In this document: positions 1 to 10,384 of the stretch, piece after piece | How the letters are laid out: the number at the start of each line of letters is the position of its first letter | How positions within the stretch are numbered: the stretch's first letter is position 1 | DNA from: Alphaproteobacteria bacterium | Lineage (GTDB): Bacteria; Pseudomonadota; Alphaproteobacteria; UBA828 | Length of the DNA stretch: 64,000 nt | Assembly: GCA_965214705.1 (NCBI GenBank) | Contig: CBDCCI010000001.1 | Span: forward strand, 416,001 to 480,000 | Reading direction: 5' to 3' | Position numbers and translations under genes: made by a program | Notes under the pieces: generated by a model | Seen by the model: only the letters and a program-made list of their open reading frames with translations | Told to the model about the DNA's origin: nothing | The model's database searches: none

Positions 1-289
1 CGGCCGCGGAGGATGCCGGGCAAGGCGTGTGACCGGGCAAGAGTTGGGTCGCCGCTTGGCACCGTTCTACAGATGGGTCCCGCCTCCCGGAACGTCACCA
101 CCGCTTGGATGCGGTATTGGGGTCACGGAGCCGGCAAGCGCCGGAGTTCCGAACCGGATAAGAGCTGAGCAGCGTGGCGGATCGCTGCGTGGAAACGACG
201 TTCTGCCTGGACATCGGCCGCGGATTCGAGTGGAGAGATTGCGAATGCCATTGACGTAGATGAAGCCGGGCCTTGCGGAGAGAGCTCAT

Positions 290-1345
290 AAGAACTCCTG
301 CCGCAACCGCCACTGCCCCACCTGCCAGGGTCTCGCCGCCAACCTCTGGAGCGAGGAGCGCGCCGGGGACATCCTGCCGGTGCCCTACTTCCATGTGGTC
401 TTCACCCTGCCCAAGGAGGTTGCCGCCATTGCCTTCTGCAACCGCAGGGTGGTGTTCGACATCCTCTTCCGGGCCGTCGCCGAGACCCTGCGCACCATCG
501 CCGCCGATCCCCGCCACGGCGGCATGCGCATCGGCGGCACCGCGGTCCTCCATACCTGGGATCAGAAGCTCCGCTTCCACCCGCACCTGCACGTGGTCGT
601 GCCCAACGCGGGCTTCGACGTAGACAGTGGCGAGTGGAAGACGGGGAGCACCACCTTCCTCGCCCCCGTCAAGGTCCTCGGCAGCCTGTTCCGCCGCCTC
701 TTCCTCAAGGAGCTCGCCCGCGCCCACGGCCGGGGGGACCTGGAGTTCCACGGCACCCTCGCCCACCTCGCCAATCCCGGCGAGTTCCACGCCACGCTTG
801 CCGCCGCCCGGGCCAGGGACTGGGTGGTCTACGCCAAGCGGCCCTTCCGCGGGCCTGAGCAGGTCTTCCGGTACCTCTCGCACTACACGCACAGGATCGC
901 CATCTCCGACAGCCGCATCGTCTCCTTCGACGGCGAGACGGTCTCCTTCCGCCACCGAAAGCCCAAGGCGCCGGGGCAGAGAAAGCCGCGCTACGGCATC
1001 GCCACCGTGAGCGCCGACGAGTTCATCCGCCGCTTCCTGAGGCACGTCCTGCCGGACGGCATGCACCGCATTCGCTACTTCGGCATCCTCGCCAACGGCT
1101 GCCGCGCCAGCACGCTGGAGAGAGCACGCCAGGCTCTCGGCGCCCTCGGCTGCGCCGCCCCCGAGGGAAGCGTGGACGGCGCTCAGGCCGAGCCCGACGA
1201 AGAGCCCGAGATCGGCACCGCGCCCGTGGCCTGCCCCCACTGCGGCGGCGTCATGCGCCTCGTCCGCGAAATCCGCCGCCGCCATGAGCCCCGCTCGACG
1301 CGCGGCCCGCCGGCGCTGCCGCCGACCCACAGGGGGAAACCGTGA
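290..1345 (+). pseudogene. IS91-family (Y2/HUH rolling-circle) transposase, N-terminally truncated
   Basis: NSCRNRHCPTCQ zinc motif, YFHVVFTLP, LHTW...HPHLH (HUH), YLSHYTHR (Y2), RIRYFG, C-terminal CPHCGG. The normal N-terminus is missing; recognisable homology starts at about 291. Confidence 0.85.
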
Positions 1346-1607
1346 GACGCCCGCTCGCTTCGGCCCCGCGCAACGGCGCCAAAGCGCCGACGCACGACCG
1401 AACCTGTCTCCGCTTGAGCCGGGCTGACAGCCCTCGGCTCACACCCCGCTCAGTCCTCGCAGCGTGCGCCCGCATGCCTGCCGAAAGACCGGCGCGAGCG
1501 TCGATTTTATGCGCAACTCTGCTGCCGGTGGATGCCGCCTGACGCTGACATCAGCGCACTTTCCACATAGCTCAACTTCGCCTCTCGTGGCCCGCGGCTT
1601 CGTTCAA
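290..1607 (+). mobile_element. IS91-like element remnant, ending at CGGCTTCGTTCAA
   Basis: Transposase followed by about 260 bp ending in ...cgcggcttcgttcaa (about 1607), a terminus I associate with this IS91 subgroup. Truncated integrase sequence begins just beyond the adjacent hairpin. Confidence 0.55.
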
Positions 1608-1649
1608 AAGGGTTGGGCAGGCTCTCGAGAGAGAGCCTGCCCAACCCTT
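1608..1649. repeat. Perfect 19-bp hairpin (AAGGGTTGGGCAGGCTCTC-gaga-GAGAGCCTGCCCAACCCTT)
   Basis: Read directly; it sits at the IS91/integrase junction. Confidence 0.9.
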
Positions 1650-1964
1650 AACCTTGCCCGGACCCGCGACGAAGTCCGCGAATGTCGGGACCGGTCCGCC
1701 TTCCGGCCTGCCGGACCGCGCCCCGGTCTCGATGGCGAGGCACCCGGCGCGTGCTTCGTCGATGCTTGTCAGTGTCGCCGGTCCCAGCGTGATCCTGCGC
1801 GCGTCGCCCTCGCCCTTCCGGCGATAGACGAAGCTCCGGTGTCCCGAGGGCCGCACCCGCACGCCGAGACCCGCATGGCGGGTGTCCCAGACCGTGTACT
1901 CGCGGGCTGCCGGTGCTAGCTTCCTGACGTTGGCGTCGGTCAGGCGCTGCCTCTTCACAGCCAT
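1650..1964 (-). pseudogene. Tyrosine integrase N-terminal (arm-binding) fragment, second gene of a tandem pair, truncated
   Basis: MAVKRQRLTDANVRKL...VWDTRHAGLGVRVRPSGHRSFVY...RRITLG is the same arm-binding domain as in the other integrases. Homology stops at the hairpin. Confidence 0.75.
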
Positions 1965-1967
1965 GAG

Positions 1968-3092
1968 TCAACCATCCAACGCGGTGCCGACGGCGTCGGC
2001 CGCCTCACGCACCATGGCGTCGGACAGGTGCGTGTATTTCAGCGTCGTAGCCGGATTCTTGTGTCCGAGCAGCCGGCCGATGGTCAGCACCGTCTCGCCC
2101 TGCGCCAGCGCCATGCTGGCGTACGTGTGGCGGCAGTCGTGAAGGCGGACATCGCATAGGTCTGCTTCAGCCCTCACGCGATGCCAGACTATGTCCACCG
2201 CCTCCGCGCTCAGAGAGCTGTTCCTTCGCAGCGACGGAAAGACCCAGGCTGCCGTGCGGGGCAGGCGGTCGAGGATCGCGCGCGCGGCGGACGAGAGCCA
2301 GATCGTTCGCGGACCAACTTTGCTGTCGGGCAGGAACAGCTTGCCCTCGCGGTAATAGCGCCACTTCAGGGTGACGATCTCGCCCTTCCGGCATCCGGTG
2401 AGCAGGAGCAGCCGTATGATCGCTACAGCCTGAGGATGATCGGCCTCGTAGTGTCCCAGCATCTCGCCCAGCCGGCGTATCTCCGCCGTCGACAAAAAGC
2501 GCTCCCGCCCCTGCCGCCGGTATCGCCTGATGCCCTTGCAAGGATTGGTGCCCTCCGGCCGGTAGCCGTAGACTTCGGCTTGGCGCATGATGACGGAGAG
2601 GATGGGGGCGGATCGGTCTGCCGCCACCGGGGTATTGTGGAGGGATGCAAACCATTGCTTGACGTCCTGGGCGGTGATGTCAGTGATCAGGCGCCCCTGG
2701 AACCAAGGCAGGATCTGGTTCCGGTAGTAGCCCCGGTTGACGCTGAGCGTCGAAGGCTTCCAGTTCCGGGCGTAGCGCCGAAACACTTCGTCGGCGACGG
2801 TCTCGAATGGGGTGTCCGGCAAAACCGTAGCGGCCTCGTCGTTTTCGTTCCGGATCGAGGCCAGCATGACTTTGGCCCGTTCGCGGGCGACATCCACGCC
2901 GATAGAGCCGGACTGGCCGACGATCTTCCAGACGCGACAACCATTGTGCTGGCTATGGATGAAGTAGCGCTTGTTGCCCGAGGGCAGCACCCTGACGCCG
3001 AAGCCCTTGAGTTCGCGGTCGCGAACGTCGTATGCGGACTTTCGGGGCTTGAGCGCGTCGACGCGGCGTTGACTGAGGCTAAGCGTTGCCAC
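1968..3092 (-). CDS. Tyrosine recombinase/integrase with N-terminal arm-binding domain
   Basis: RDRELKGFGVRV arm domain; catalytic TGCRKGE, DSK, HDCRH, LGHK, LKYTH. Confidence 0.92.
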   Translation of the reverse strand: MATLSLSQRRVDALKPRKSAYDVRDRELKGFGVRVLPSGNKRYFIHSQHNGCRVWKIVGQSGSIGVDVARERAKVMLASIRNENDEAATVLPDTPFETVADEVFRRYARNWKPSTLSVNRGYYRNQILPWFQGRLITDITAQDVKQWFASLHNTPVAADRSAPILSVIMRQAEVYGYRPEGTNPCKGIRRYRRQGRERFLSTAEIRRLGEMLGHYEADHPQAVAIIRLLLLTGCRKGEIVTLKWRYYREGKLFLPDSKVGPRTIWLSSAARAILDRLPRTAAWVFPSLRRNSSLSAEAVDIVWHRVRAEADLCDVRLHDCRHTYASMALAQGETVLTIGRLLGHKNPATTLKYTHLSDAMVREAADAVGTALDG

Positions 3093-3183
3093 TGGCTTTC
3101 CTCCTGCATTCCGTGTTGCAGCCGGGGCGAAAACGCGGACGGATTCCGCGCCTTCCGGCCAGAACAGGAGGAAAAAAGCAACG

Positions 3184-3495
3184 CTATGTCAGTACATTAG
3201 CACCGAAGGTGCGCATGAAGGTGTGGCCGATATCGATGGCGCCCGCGGCGACATCGCCAAAGACCTGCTCGCCGTAGCCGAGCTGGCCGGCGGGAAAGGT
3301 CTTGACGCTGAGGCCCACGTCAGCGGCTTCGAGGTCCGCCTGGATCTGGTTGAGCGCCTCCGTGCCGAAGTGATCGATCGGGTGCTGGCCCGCAATCTTG
3401 AGGCTTACCTCATCGGCGCTGGCCTGCGCCGCGAAGACGCCGGCGCTCAGGGCCACTGCCCCCACCAGGGCAGCAATCTGTTTATACAGTTTCAT
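3184..3495 (-). pseudogene. dctP: TRAP transporter substrate-binding protein DctP, truncated after about 95 aa
   Basis: Signal peptide, LKIAGQHP, VKTFPAGQLG.GEQVF.DV..GAIDIG. Stops at about 100 aa against about 330 expected, next to the integrase upstream region. Confidence 0.75.
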
Positions 3496-3798
3496 GATCT
3501 CCTCCATTGTTTGAGCCTGCCGCCGCACGGCACGGGCTTTTCACACAGACAGAGATTTTTTACCATATCGGATAATACATCCTTTTATGGCAAATTGTAT
3601 GCACGAATGTCATACCTGTGATCGGTCATCGAACGGCTCTGCAGCCAATCAGGCGCATCACTGGGTACAGCCCGTGCCGTATTGCGGCATGTTTTCCACG
3701 CGCCGACAGTGGAGGCTCCGGAACCTGTTGTCTTGCACGCACTGGATGATTTGGAGAATATTTTTTATACAGAGACGACTTTTCTAATATCGGACGCT

Positions 3799-4533
3799 AT
3801 GGACGCAGAGCAGGCACTCTTCACCGCGCCGGCGCTGCCGCCCGATATCGAGCCCGACATGCGCGTCGGCTTTATCCTCTCGCCGCGCTTCACGCTCACG
3901 CCGTTCGCAGCCTTTATCGACTGCCTGCGCCATGCGGCCGACGAGGCGGACTTCAGCCGGCAGGTCTATTGCCACTGGAAGATCGTCGCGCCGACGCTGG
4001 ACCCCGTGACGGCAAGCTGCGGCGTGGAGGTGCGCCCGCATGCGCTGCTGCCGGAAGACGAGACGTTCGACCATCTCGTCGTCATCGGCGGCTTGCTGCC
4101 CGCGAGCCTGGAGCACCCGGAAGAGACGCTGCGCTACCTGTGTCACGCCTACGCGCACAACACGATTATCGTCGGCCTGTGCACGGCGAGCTTCGTGCTC
4201 GCCAAGGCGGGGCTTCTCGAAAACCGCCGCTGTGCCCTGCACTTCGAGCACGTGGGTCAGTTCAAGCAGATGTTCCCGCGTGCCAGGCCGGAGGCTGACC
4301 AGTCATTCGTCAACGACGGCGAGATCATCACGAGCCCCGGCGACACCCCGGCCAGCTTGAGCCGCAAGATACGGCTCGCGCACGGCCACTGGCTGCTGGT
4401 CAACACGACCAGGACGGTGACGCAGATCGCCGCCGATTGCGGCTACGCCGACGGTGCGCACTTTTGCCGCTGGTTCGGAAGCGTCTACGGCGAGACACCG
4501 TCCCGCTTCCGCAACCGCCGCCGCCAGATTTAG
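3799..4533 (+). CDS. GlxA-type AraC regulator (DJ-1/PfpI domain plus HTH), probably with an in-frame internal deletion
   Basis: VGFILSPRFTL, GLCTASFVLAKAGLL, C-terminal IAADCGYADGAHFCRWF...GETPSRFR. IITSPG joins directly to DTPASLSRKIRL, so the linker and first HTH appear missing. Confidence 0.75.
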   Translation: MDAEQALFTAPALPPDIEPDMRVGFILSPRFTLTPFAAFIDCLRHAADEADFSRQVYCHWKIVAPTLDPVTASCGVEVRPHALLPEDETFDHLVVIGGLLPASLEHPEETLRYLCHAYAHNTIIVGLCTASFVLAKAGLLENRRCALHFEHVGQFKQMFPRARPEADQSFVNDGEIITSPGDTPASLSRKIRLAHGHWLLVNTTRTVTQIAADCGYADGAHFCRWFGSVYGETPSRFRNRRRQI

Positions 4534-4794
4534 ATGACAAGTCTCATCGGGATCAGCGCCTCCGATCGCGGCCAGTTGTGGCCGCGGCCTTCGATCTGGA
4601 GTAGCTTGACGGCGTTCGGGATCCTGCAACCGGTCCAGACGACCATGAGGATGTACGCCCGTCGTTGGGATCGCGGTCGTCCGGAAGCTGTCGCTCTGAC
4701 CAGTACAGCCTTGGAGCAGCCGGAAATGCTTCATGGTCTGGAGGAGGCCCCAAGGGCCCACTCTTCCGAGGTGTGAGGAGAGGAGAACCCGGTC

Positions 4795-6537
4795 GTGCCA
4801 AACGCTCTGCTGGTATATCTGGAACAGCCTCCTTCCTTTTGGGGCGCCGACTACGCGCTGGAAATGTCGGGGGTCAAGGCGACCTTTCCGCCTCTGGGGC
4901 TGCTGACCATCGCCGCAATGTTTCCCCCGAGCTACGCGCTCCGCGTGGTCGACATCAACGTCAGCGCCCTGGATGACGCCGATTTGGAGTGGGCGGATCT
5001 GGTGTTCACGTCCTCAATGATCACGCAGCACCCGTCGCTGTGCGCCGTGGTCGAGCGGTGCAATCGCGCAGGCGTTCCCGTGGTGGCCGGCGGGCCTCAC
5101 CCGACCACGTTTCACGATGACATCCCGGGCGTCGACCACTTCGTGCTGGGCGAGGCAGAGGAGATCTTTGCGGATTTCCTTCGGGATCTGGAGGCCGGCA
5201 CGGCCAAGGCCATTTATCGGGAGACGCGGAAGCCGGATGTGACCCGGACTCCGATACCCCGCTTCGACCTCATCGACATGAAGAACTACGCCACGATGAG
5301 CGTGCAGTTCTCCCGAGGATGTCCATTCGACTGCGAGTTCTGCGACATCATCAAGCTCTACGGTCGCGTGCCTCGCACCAAGGCTCCGGAACAGATTGTG
5401 GCGGAGCTCGACTCTCTGTATCGGCTGGGTTGGCGAGGCCCCGTCTTCATGGTCGACGACAATTTCATCGGCAACAAACGAGATGCCATGATGCTGCTGC
5501 CGGCGATAACCGAGTGGCAAAAGAGCAAGGGGTATCCGTTCACGCTGATTACGGAAGCGAGTGCAAACCTCGCGCTCTTGGACGAGCTGATGGATGCGAT
5601 GGTCGATGCCGGTTTCAATACAGTGTTTGTCGGTATCGAAACCCCCAACCCCGAGGCCTTGCTCAAGACCAAGAAGTCGCAAAACACCAGCAAGGACGAG
5701 GAGAACTACCTCTTCCGTGCCGTTCGGAAAATCCAGCAGCGTGGGATGCAGGTCCAGGGCGGGTTCATCCTGGGTCTTGATGGCGACGACGGAGGGGTAT
5801 TCGACGCCCAGATCGAGTTCATCCAGGAGACCGGCATTCCCGTGGCCCCCATCTACTTGCTGACGGCGTTGAAGGGCACGGACATGTACGAGCGCCTGAA
5901 GGCGGAGAACCGGCTTCTGGAGACGCCGATCGGAACCAATGCCATGTCTCTCAACTTCAAGACGGAGATGAGATACGAGACGTTGATCGAGGGTTACAAA
6001 CGAGTGATAGCCGCCCTCTACGATCCCACTTTGGAGAATTACTTCAAGCGCTGCCTGACCTTGTTTCAGCATCTGAAACCAGTTCCTCACCTACGGAAAC
6101 CGGTGAGCAAGGACAAGACTTTTGCAGCCCTTATGGGAGTTCGTCGTGGCCTGAGCGCCAGACAGATACCCGCCTACTCGAAGTTCATCGGCAAGGTCTC
6201 CAAGGACTACCCCCGCATGCTTCCGGAGGCGATCTACCTGGCTGCTCTGGGTCACCACTTCGAAAAGATCGGGCGCCAGCAGATCGCAATTCATGACTTT
6301 CTGGGCTTCCTGAGAGGCGAGCTGGAGACGTTCCGGGACGAGGCTGCAGGTCGCGCTTCGGAAGTGGAGGAAATCAGCGCCCGGCGACAGACGTCATTCG
6401 AGGGAGCCCGGCGACGCTACGAGTCCATACCCGATGAGTATCGATACGGGGTAGACGGGCTGGACCATGCGCTGGAGGACTTCCGGCGTGCGGTGGATGC
6501 GCGGTCGGATGAATCCGTGCGCTCGGCAGCGATTTGA
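4795..6537 (+). CDS. B12-binding radical SAM protein (DUF4070/HpnP-like)
   Basis: PPLGLLTIAA, VAGGPHPT, GEAE (B12-binding); SRGCPFDCEFC (CxxxCxxC); VDDNFIGN, VFVGIETP. Confidence 0.9.
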   Translation: MPNALLVYLEQPPSFWGADYALEMSGVKATFPPLGLLTIAAMFPPSYALRVVDINVSALDDADLEWADLVFTSSMITQHPSLCAVVERCNRAGVPVVAGGPHPTTFHDDIPGVDHFVLGEAEEIFADFLRDLEAGTAKAIYRETRKPDVTRTPIPRFDLIDMKNYATMSVQFSRGCPFDCEFCDIIKLYGRVPRTKAPEQIVAELDSLYRLGWRGPVFMVDDNFIGNKRDAMMLLPAITEWQKSKGYPFTLITEASANLALLDELMDAMVDAGFNTVFVGIETPNPEALLKTKKSQNTSKDEENYLFRAVRKIQQRGMQVQGGFILGLDGDDGGVFDAQIEFIQETGIPVAPIYLLTALKGTDMYERLKAENRLLETPIGTNAMSLNFKTEMRYETLIEGYKRVIAALYDPTLENYFKRCLTLFQHLKPVPHLRKPVSKDKTFAALMGVRRGLSARQIPAYSKFIGKVSKDYPRMLPEAIYLAALGHHFEKIGRQQIAIHDFLGFLRGELETFRDEAAGRASEVEEISARRQTSFEGARRRYESIPDEYRYGVDGLDHALEDFRRAVDARSDESVRSAAI

Positions 6538-6744
6538 AGAACATCTTTCTGGCCGATCGGTCTCACCGGGGTCAGCGCGGCAAATCGCTCCTGCGGAACT
6601 GACGCAGCAAGGCCCAAATCTCTTCGGTTCTCTCGATGCCGCGGCTGTGGGTGCCGGACCATCCGCGCCACGTGTCCACGTTATTCGACATATGGCGCTG
6701 TGCTATCGTGACGGAAAGTTGGAGGCCGCCGCGGGAGCGATCTC

Positions 6745-7446
6745 ATGGAATTGGCACTCGATGCCATCACATCGGGCTATGGCGGTATCCCGATCGTCCG
6801 CGAGGTCTCGCTCGAGGTGGGCACGGGCGAGATCGTCGCTATCGTCGGCCGCAACGGCGTCGGCAAGACGACGCTGATCGAGACCGTCGCGGGCCTACTG
6901 CCGGTGATGGGCGGCGGCATCACCTTCCGCGACCGAGATATCACCCGTACCGATGCGCGCCACCGGGCACGCTTGGGCATGGGATACGTGCCCCAAGGGC
7001 GCGGTATCTTCTCCCGGCTCTCGGTCGAGGAGAACCTGCGGATGGGCGAGCTTGTCGGCGGGAAGCGCGCCGAGGCCGCCTTCGAGCGGGTCTACGAGTG
7101 GTTCCCGCGGCTGCGCGAGCGGCGCCGGCAGCGGGCAGGCACCCTCAGCGGCGGCGAGCAGCAGATGCTCGCCATTGGGCGAATTCTGGTGGGCCAGCCC
7201 AGCATCCTGCTGCTCGACGAGCCCTCGGAGGGCATCCAGCCCACCATCGTCGAGCTCATCGCCGACGTGATCGCGAGCCTCAACCAGAAGGACTCGCTCA
7301 CGGTGCTGCTGGTCGAGCAGAACATCGACCTGGTCTGCGCGACCGCCCATCGCTGCATCGTGGTGGACAAGGGCGCGACGGCAGCGACGCTCACGCCGGA
7401 CGAGCTCGCCGACCCGGAGGTCGCGCGCAAGTACCTCGCGATCTAG
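6745..7446 (+). CDS. ABC ATP-binding protein, UrtE/LivF-like
   Basis: GRNGVGKT, YVPQGRGIF, LSGGEQQ, LLLDEPSEGIQP, LLVEQN. Confidence 0.92.
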   Translation: MELALDAITSGYGGIPIVREVSLEVGTGEIVAIVGRNGVGKTTLIETVAGLLPVMGGGITFRDRDITRTDARHRARLGMGYVPQGRGIFSRLSVEENLRMGELVGGKRAEAAFERVYEWFPRLRERRRQRAGTLSGGEQQMLAIGRILVGQPSILLLDEPSEGIQPTIVELIADVIASLNQKDSLTVLLVEQNIDLVCATAHRCIVVDKGATAATLTPDELADPEVARKYLAI

Positions 7447-7502
7447 CCTAGCTATCTCACCAGTGTCACGGCCCGCTTTACGGCCCAGGGAGGGAGAACA
7501 GG

Positions 7503-8920
7503 ATGAGCGGTGACGATCTCTGCTTTCAGACTGCGACCGAGGTGATCGCGGCATTCAAGGCGCGCACGCTGTCGCCCGTGGAACTGATGGACGCGATCAT
7601 CGATCGCTGCGAGCGAGTCAACCCGACGATCAGCGCGTTCACTTACACCTTCTTCGACCGCGCGCGGGAGCAGGCCAGGGAGGCCGAAAAGGCTTATGCG
7701 GCCGGTACCGCACGGGCGCTGGAGGGCGTGCCTTGCGTGATCAAGGACCTGCATCCGGTCGAGGGCGAAATCACCACGTGGGGCTCCAAGGTCTATGAAG
7801 GCGTACCAGCCGATTACACGGTGCCGACGGTGCAACGCCTGTTCGATGCAGGCATCATCATGCACGCCCGCTCGACCACATCGGAGTTCGCCCATACCGG
7901 GCACGGCCACAGCCCGCTTTGGGGCGTGACACGCAACCCGTGGAATCTCGAACTGAGTCCAGGTGGCTCTTCGGCCGGCGCAGGCGCCTCGGTCTGCGCA
8001 GGGCTCACCACCATCGCGGACGGCACCGACGGCGGCGGCTCGGTGCGCATTCCCGCCTCGGCATGCGGCGTCTTCGGCTACAAGCCGCCGTTCGGCCGCA
8101 ATCCGGTCAACCTGCTCGCCACCAATTGGGAGCCGATCCTTCACTTCGGCCCGATCACGCGGAGCGTGGCCGACGGGGCGCTGATGCAGAACGTGATGAG
8201 CGGACAGCACGTCAGCGACATCACCACGCTGCGGGACAAGGTGGTCTTGCCGGAGACATTCGAGAGCTTCCGGGGGCCAAGGTCGCGGTGTCGATGGACC
8301 TCCGCTATTTCGAGGTCGACGACGAGGTGCGCAAGAACACGCAGGCGGCCTTCGACGTGTTCGAGAACGAGCTCGGTTGCACCGTGACCGAGGTCGATCT
8401 CGGCTGGACCTATGCCACCTACGACGCCTGGGTCACCCACTGGCAGGGGCTGTTCTCGGCGATCGCAGGGCATTACCTGCCACGCTGGCAGTACGAAATG
8501 GACCCGGTGGTGGTCAATCTGCTCAAGACCGGCGACACCCACAGCGCCGCCCGTGTGCGCCAGATCGAGTTCGTCGCGACCGACATGTACCGCTCGCTCG
8601 GGCCGATCCTGGAGGAACACGATGTGCTGCTTTGCCCCACCCTCGCGGTTGCCGCCACTGGGGCCGAGCACGGCGGCGACGACACCGACTTCACCATCAA
8701 CGGCAAGCCCGTCGATGCCATGCTGCAATGGGCGATGACCTATCCGCTCAACCTAGTCAGCCAGTGCCCGGTCGCGAGCGTGCCGAGCGGCTTCGTGAGC
8801 AACGGCGCGCCCTCCGGTCTTCAGATCGTGGGCCGCACCTACGAGGACGAGACCGTGTTCCGCGCTGCGGCCGCGTTCGAGGCGGTCAGGCCCTGGCGGG
8901 GGCAGAGGCCGCCGGTTTGA
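7503..8920 (+). pseudogene. Amidase-signature family enzyme split by a 1-nt frameshift at about 8272-8276
   Basis: The first frame has IKDL, GGSSAG, GTDGGGSVRIPAS; the second has CPTL, YPLNL..CP..SVP, GLQIVGR. The frames join at the G5 run TTCCGGGGGCCAAG, where G6 would read FRGAKVAV. Confidence 0.8.
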
Positions 8921-9005
8921 CCGCCGGGGCGGTTGCCTTCCCGACGGCGGCCACGGCATACTGACATCGGGACAACAGGTTCTTCACAAGGGAGGAAAGT
9001 AAATC

Positions 9006-10274
9006 ATGTCTAAGGCGATACGACTCCGCTCCAAATGGAAATGGGCGGTTGTGCCGTTAACTCTTGCGGCAGTGGCCTTGTTTTCGAACACCGAAGCGGC
9101 CGCAGAGGATCCGATCAAGATCTGCGTGATCGACGATCATTCCGGCGACTTTGCGCTGATCGTAGCGCCAAAGACGCTCGGTTATGAGACCGCCATTAAG
9201 GAAATCAACGATGCCGGCGGCGTGCTGGGTCGCCAGCTCGAAATGGTCTTCTATGACGGCCAGTCTGACGTCAAAAGGCACCAAGAGCTCGCGCAAAAGT
9301 GCATTCTCGACGACGAAGTCGACGTCGTCATGGCCGGCGCGACCAGCTCCGCGCGTGAGGCGGCACGAGCAGTTGCGGTCGAAAACGAGGTGATTTACTG
9401 GCACAACAACCAGGGCGAGGGCGGAATCGCCGACAAGTACTCGTTTTTCACCGGGCCCATTCCCGAGCAGCAAATTCTCACCGGTGTGAGCTATATGATC
9501 GAGAAGTACGGGCCCAAGATGTACATCCTGGCGGCCGATTACGGCTTCGGTCAGGTCAGCGCCTTGTGGACGCACGCCGCCGCCGGTCTTTACGGCGGGG
9601 AAGTCGTCGGCGAAGAGTTCATTCCGCTCGGAAACTCCGACTTTGCCGCGACCATCGCGAACATTCAGAAGGCAAAGCCTGACTTCGGCGTCTTCTATTT
9701 GGTGGGTGGTGCCCAGTACAACTACTACCCGCAGGCCGCCGCTGCCGGCGCCAACATTCCGGCGGTTTCGACCGTGAACGTGCAGCAGGGATACGAGCAC
9801 AAGCGCTATCCGCCGCCCGCTCTGGTCGACATGTACATCCCCTTCGGGTTCGTCGAGGAGACACCGACGGAATCCGCGCGCGCGTTCGTCGAGAAGGCGC
9901 GGGCGATCAATCCGGACGAGCCCTACATCAACCAGATGACGCGCTGCGCCTACGTCGCCATTCACCTCATGGCGCTGGCGTGGGAGCGGGCCGGAACGAC
10001 CGAGACGCAGGCCACAATCGCGGCTCTGGAATCGGGCCTCTCCTTCGATGCGCCTGAAGGGCCGGTCTTCCTCGATCCGGCGACGCACCATCTGACCATG
10101 GATATCAGGATGGGGCGCGTGAACGAGAACCACGATCTGGAATTCGTTCACGACTTCGGCGCCATCGAGCCTTGGTGGCTCAGGACGCTCGGCGTTAACC
10201 TGGTACGGACCGACGAGGCGAGGCAGTTCCTGCCCTGGGACGACCCGCGCCTCGCGCAGTACAAGACTGAGTAG
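9006..10274 (+). CDS. Urea/amide ABC substrate-binding protein (UrtA/AmiC-like)
   Basis: Signal peptide, EINDAGGVLGRQLE, DGQSD, TSSAREA, GPIPEQQ, FDAPEGPV.LDPATHH. Confidence 0.88.
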   Translation: MSKAIRLRSKWKWAVVPLTLAAVALFSNTEAAAEDPIKICVIDDHSGDFALIVAPKTLGYETAIKEINDAGGVLGRQLEMVFYDGQSDVKRHQELAQKCILDDEVDVVMAGATSSAREAARAVAVENEVIYWHNNQGEGGIADKYSFFTGPIPEQQILTGVSYMIEKYGPKMYILAADYGFGQVSALWTHAAAGLYGGEVVGEEFIPLGNSDFAATIANIQKAKPDFGVFYLVGGAQYNYYPQAAAAGANIPAVSTVNVQQGYEHKRYPPPALVDMYIPFGFVEETPTESARAFVEKARAINPDEPYINQMTRCAYVAIHLMALAWERAGTTETQATIAALESGLSFDAPEGPVFLDPATHHLTMDIRMGRVNENHDLEFVHDFGAIEPWWLRTLGVNLVRTDEARQFLPWDDPRLAQYKTE

Positions 10275-10384
10275 CGATTACTTCTCCTGTAGTCCGGTAG
10301 CGGGGCCGCCGTTCAAGGCTCCGCTGCCGGACGCTGACATGCTCTTGTCAGAAAGAGGCGCCGACTAGGGGGAAGGCCCGTCGC

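Noticed and set aside
1-290. Possible end of another IS (…CCTTGCGGAGAGAGCTC) that truncated the IS91 transposase
   Set aside because: Only one end is in the window, so no TIR pair or TSD can be checked.
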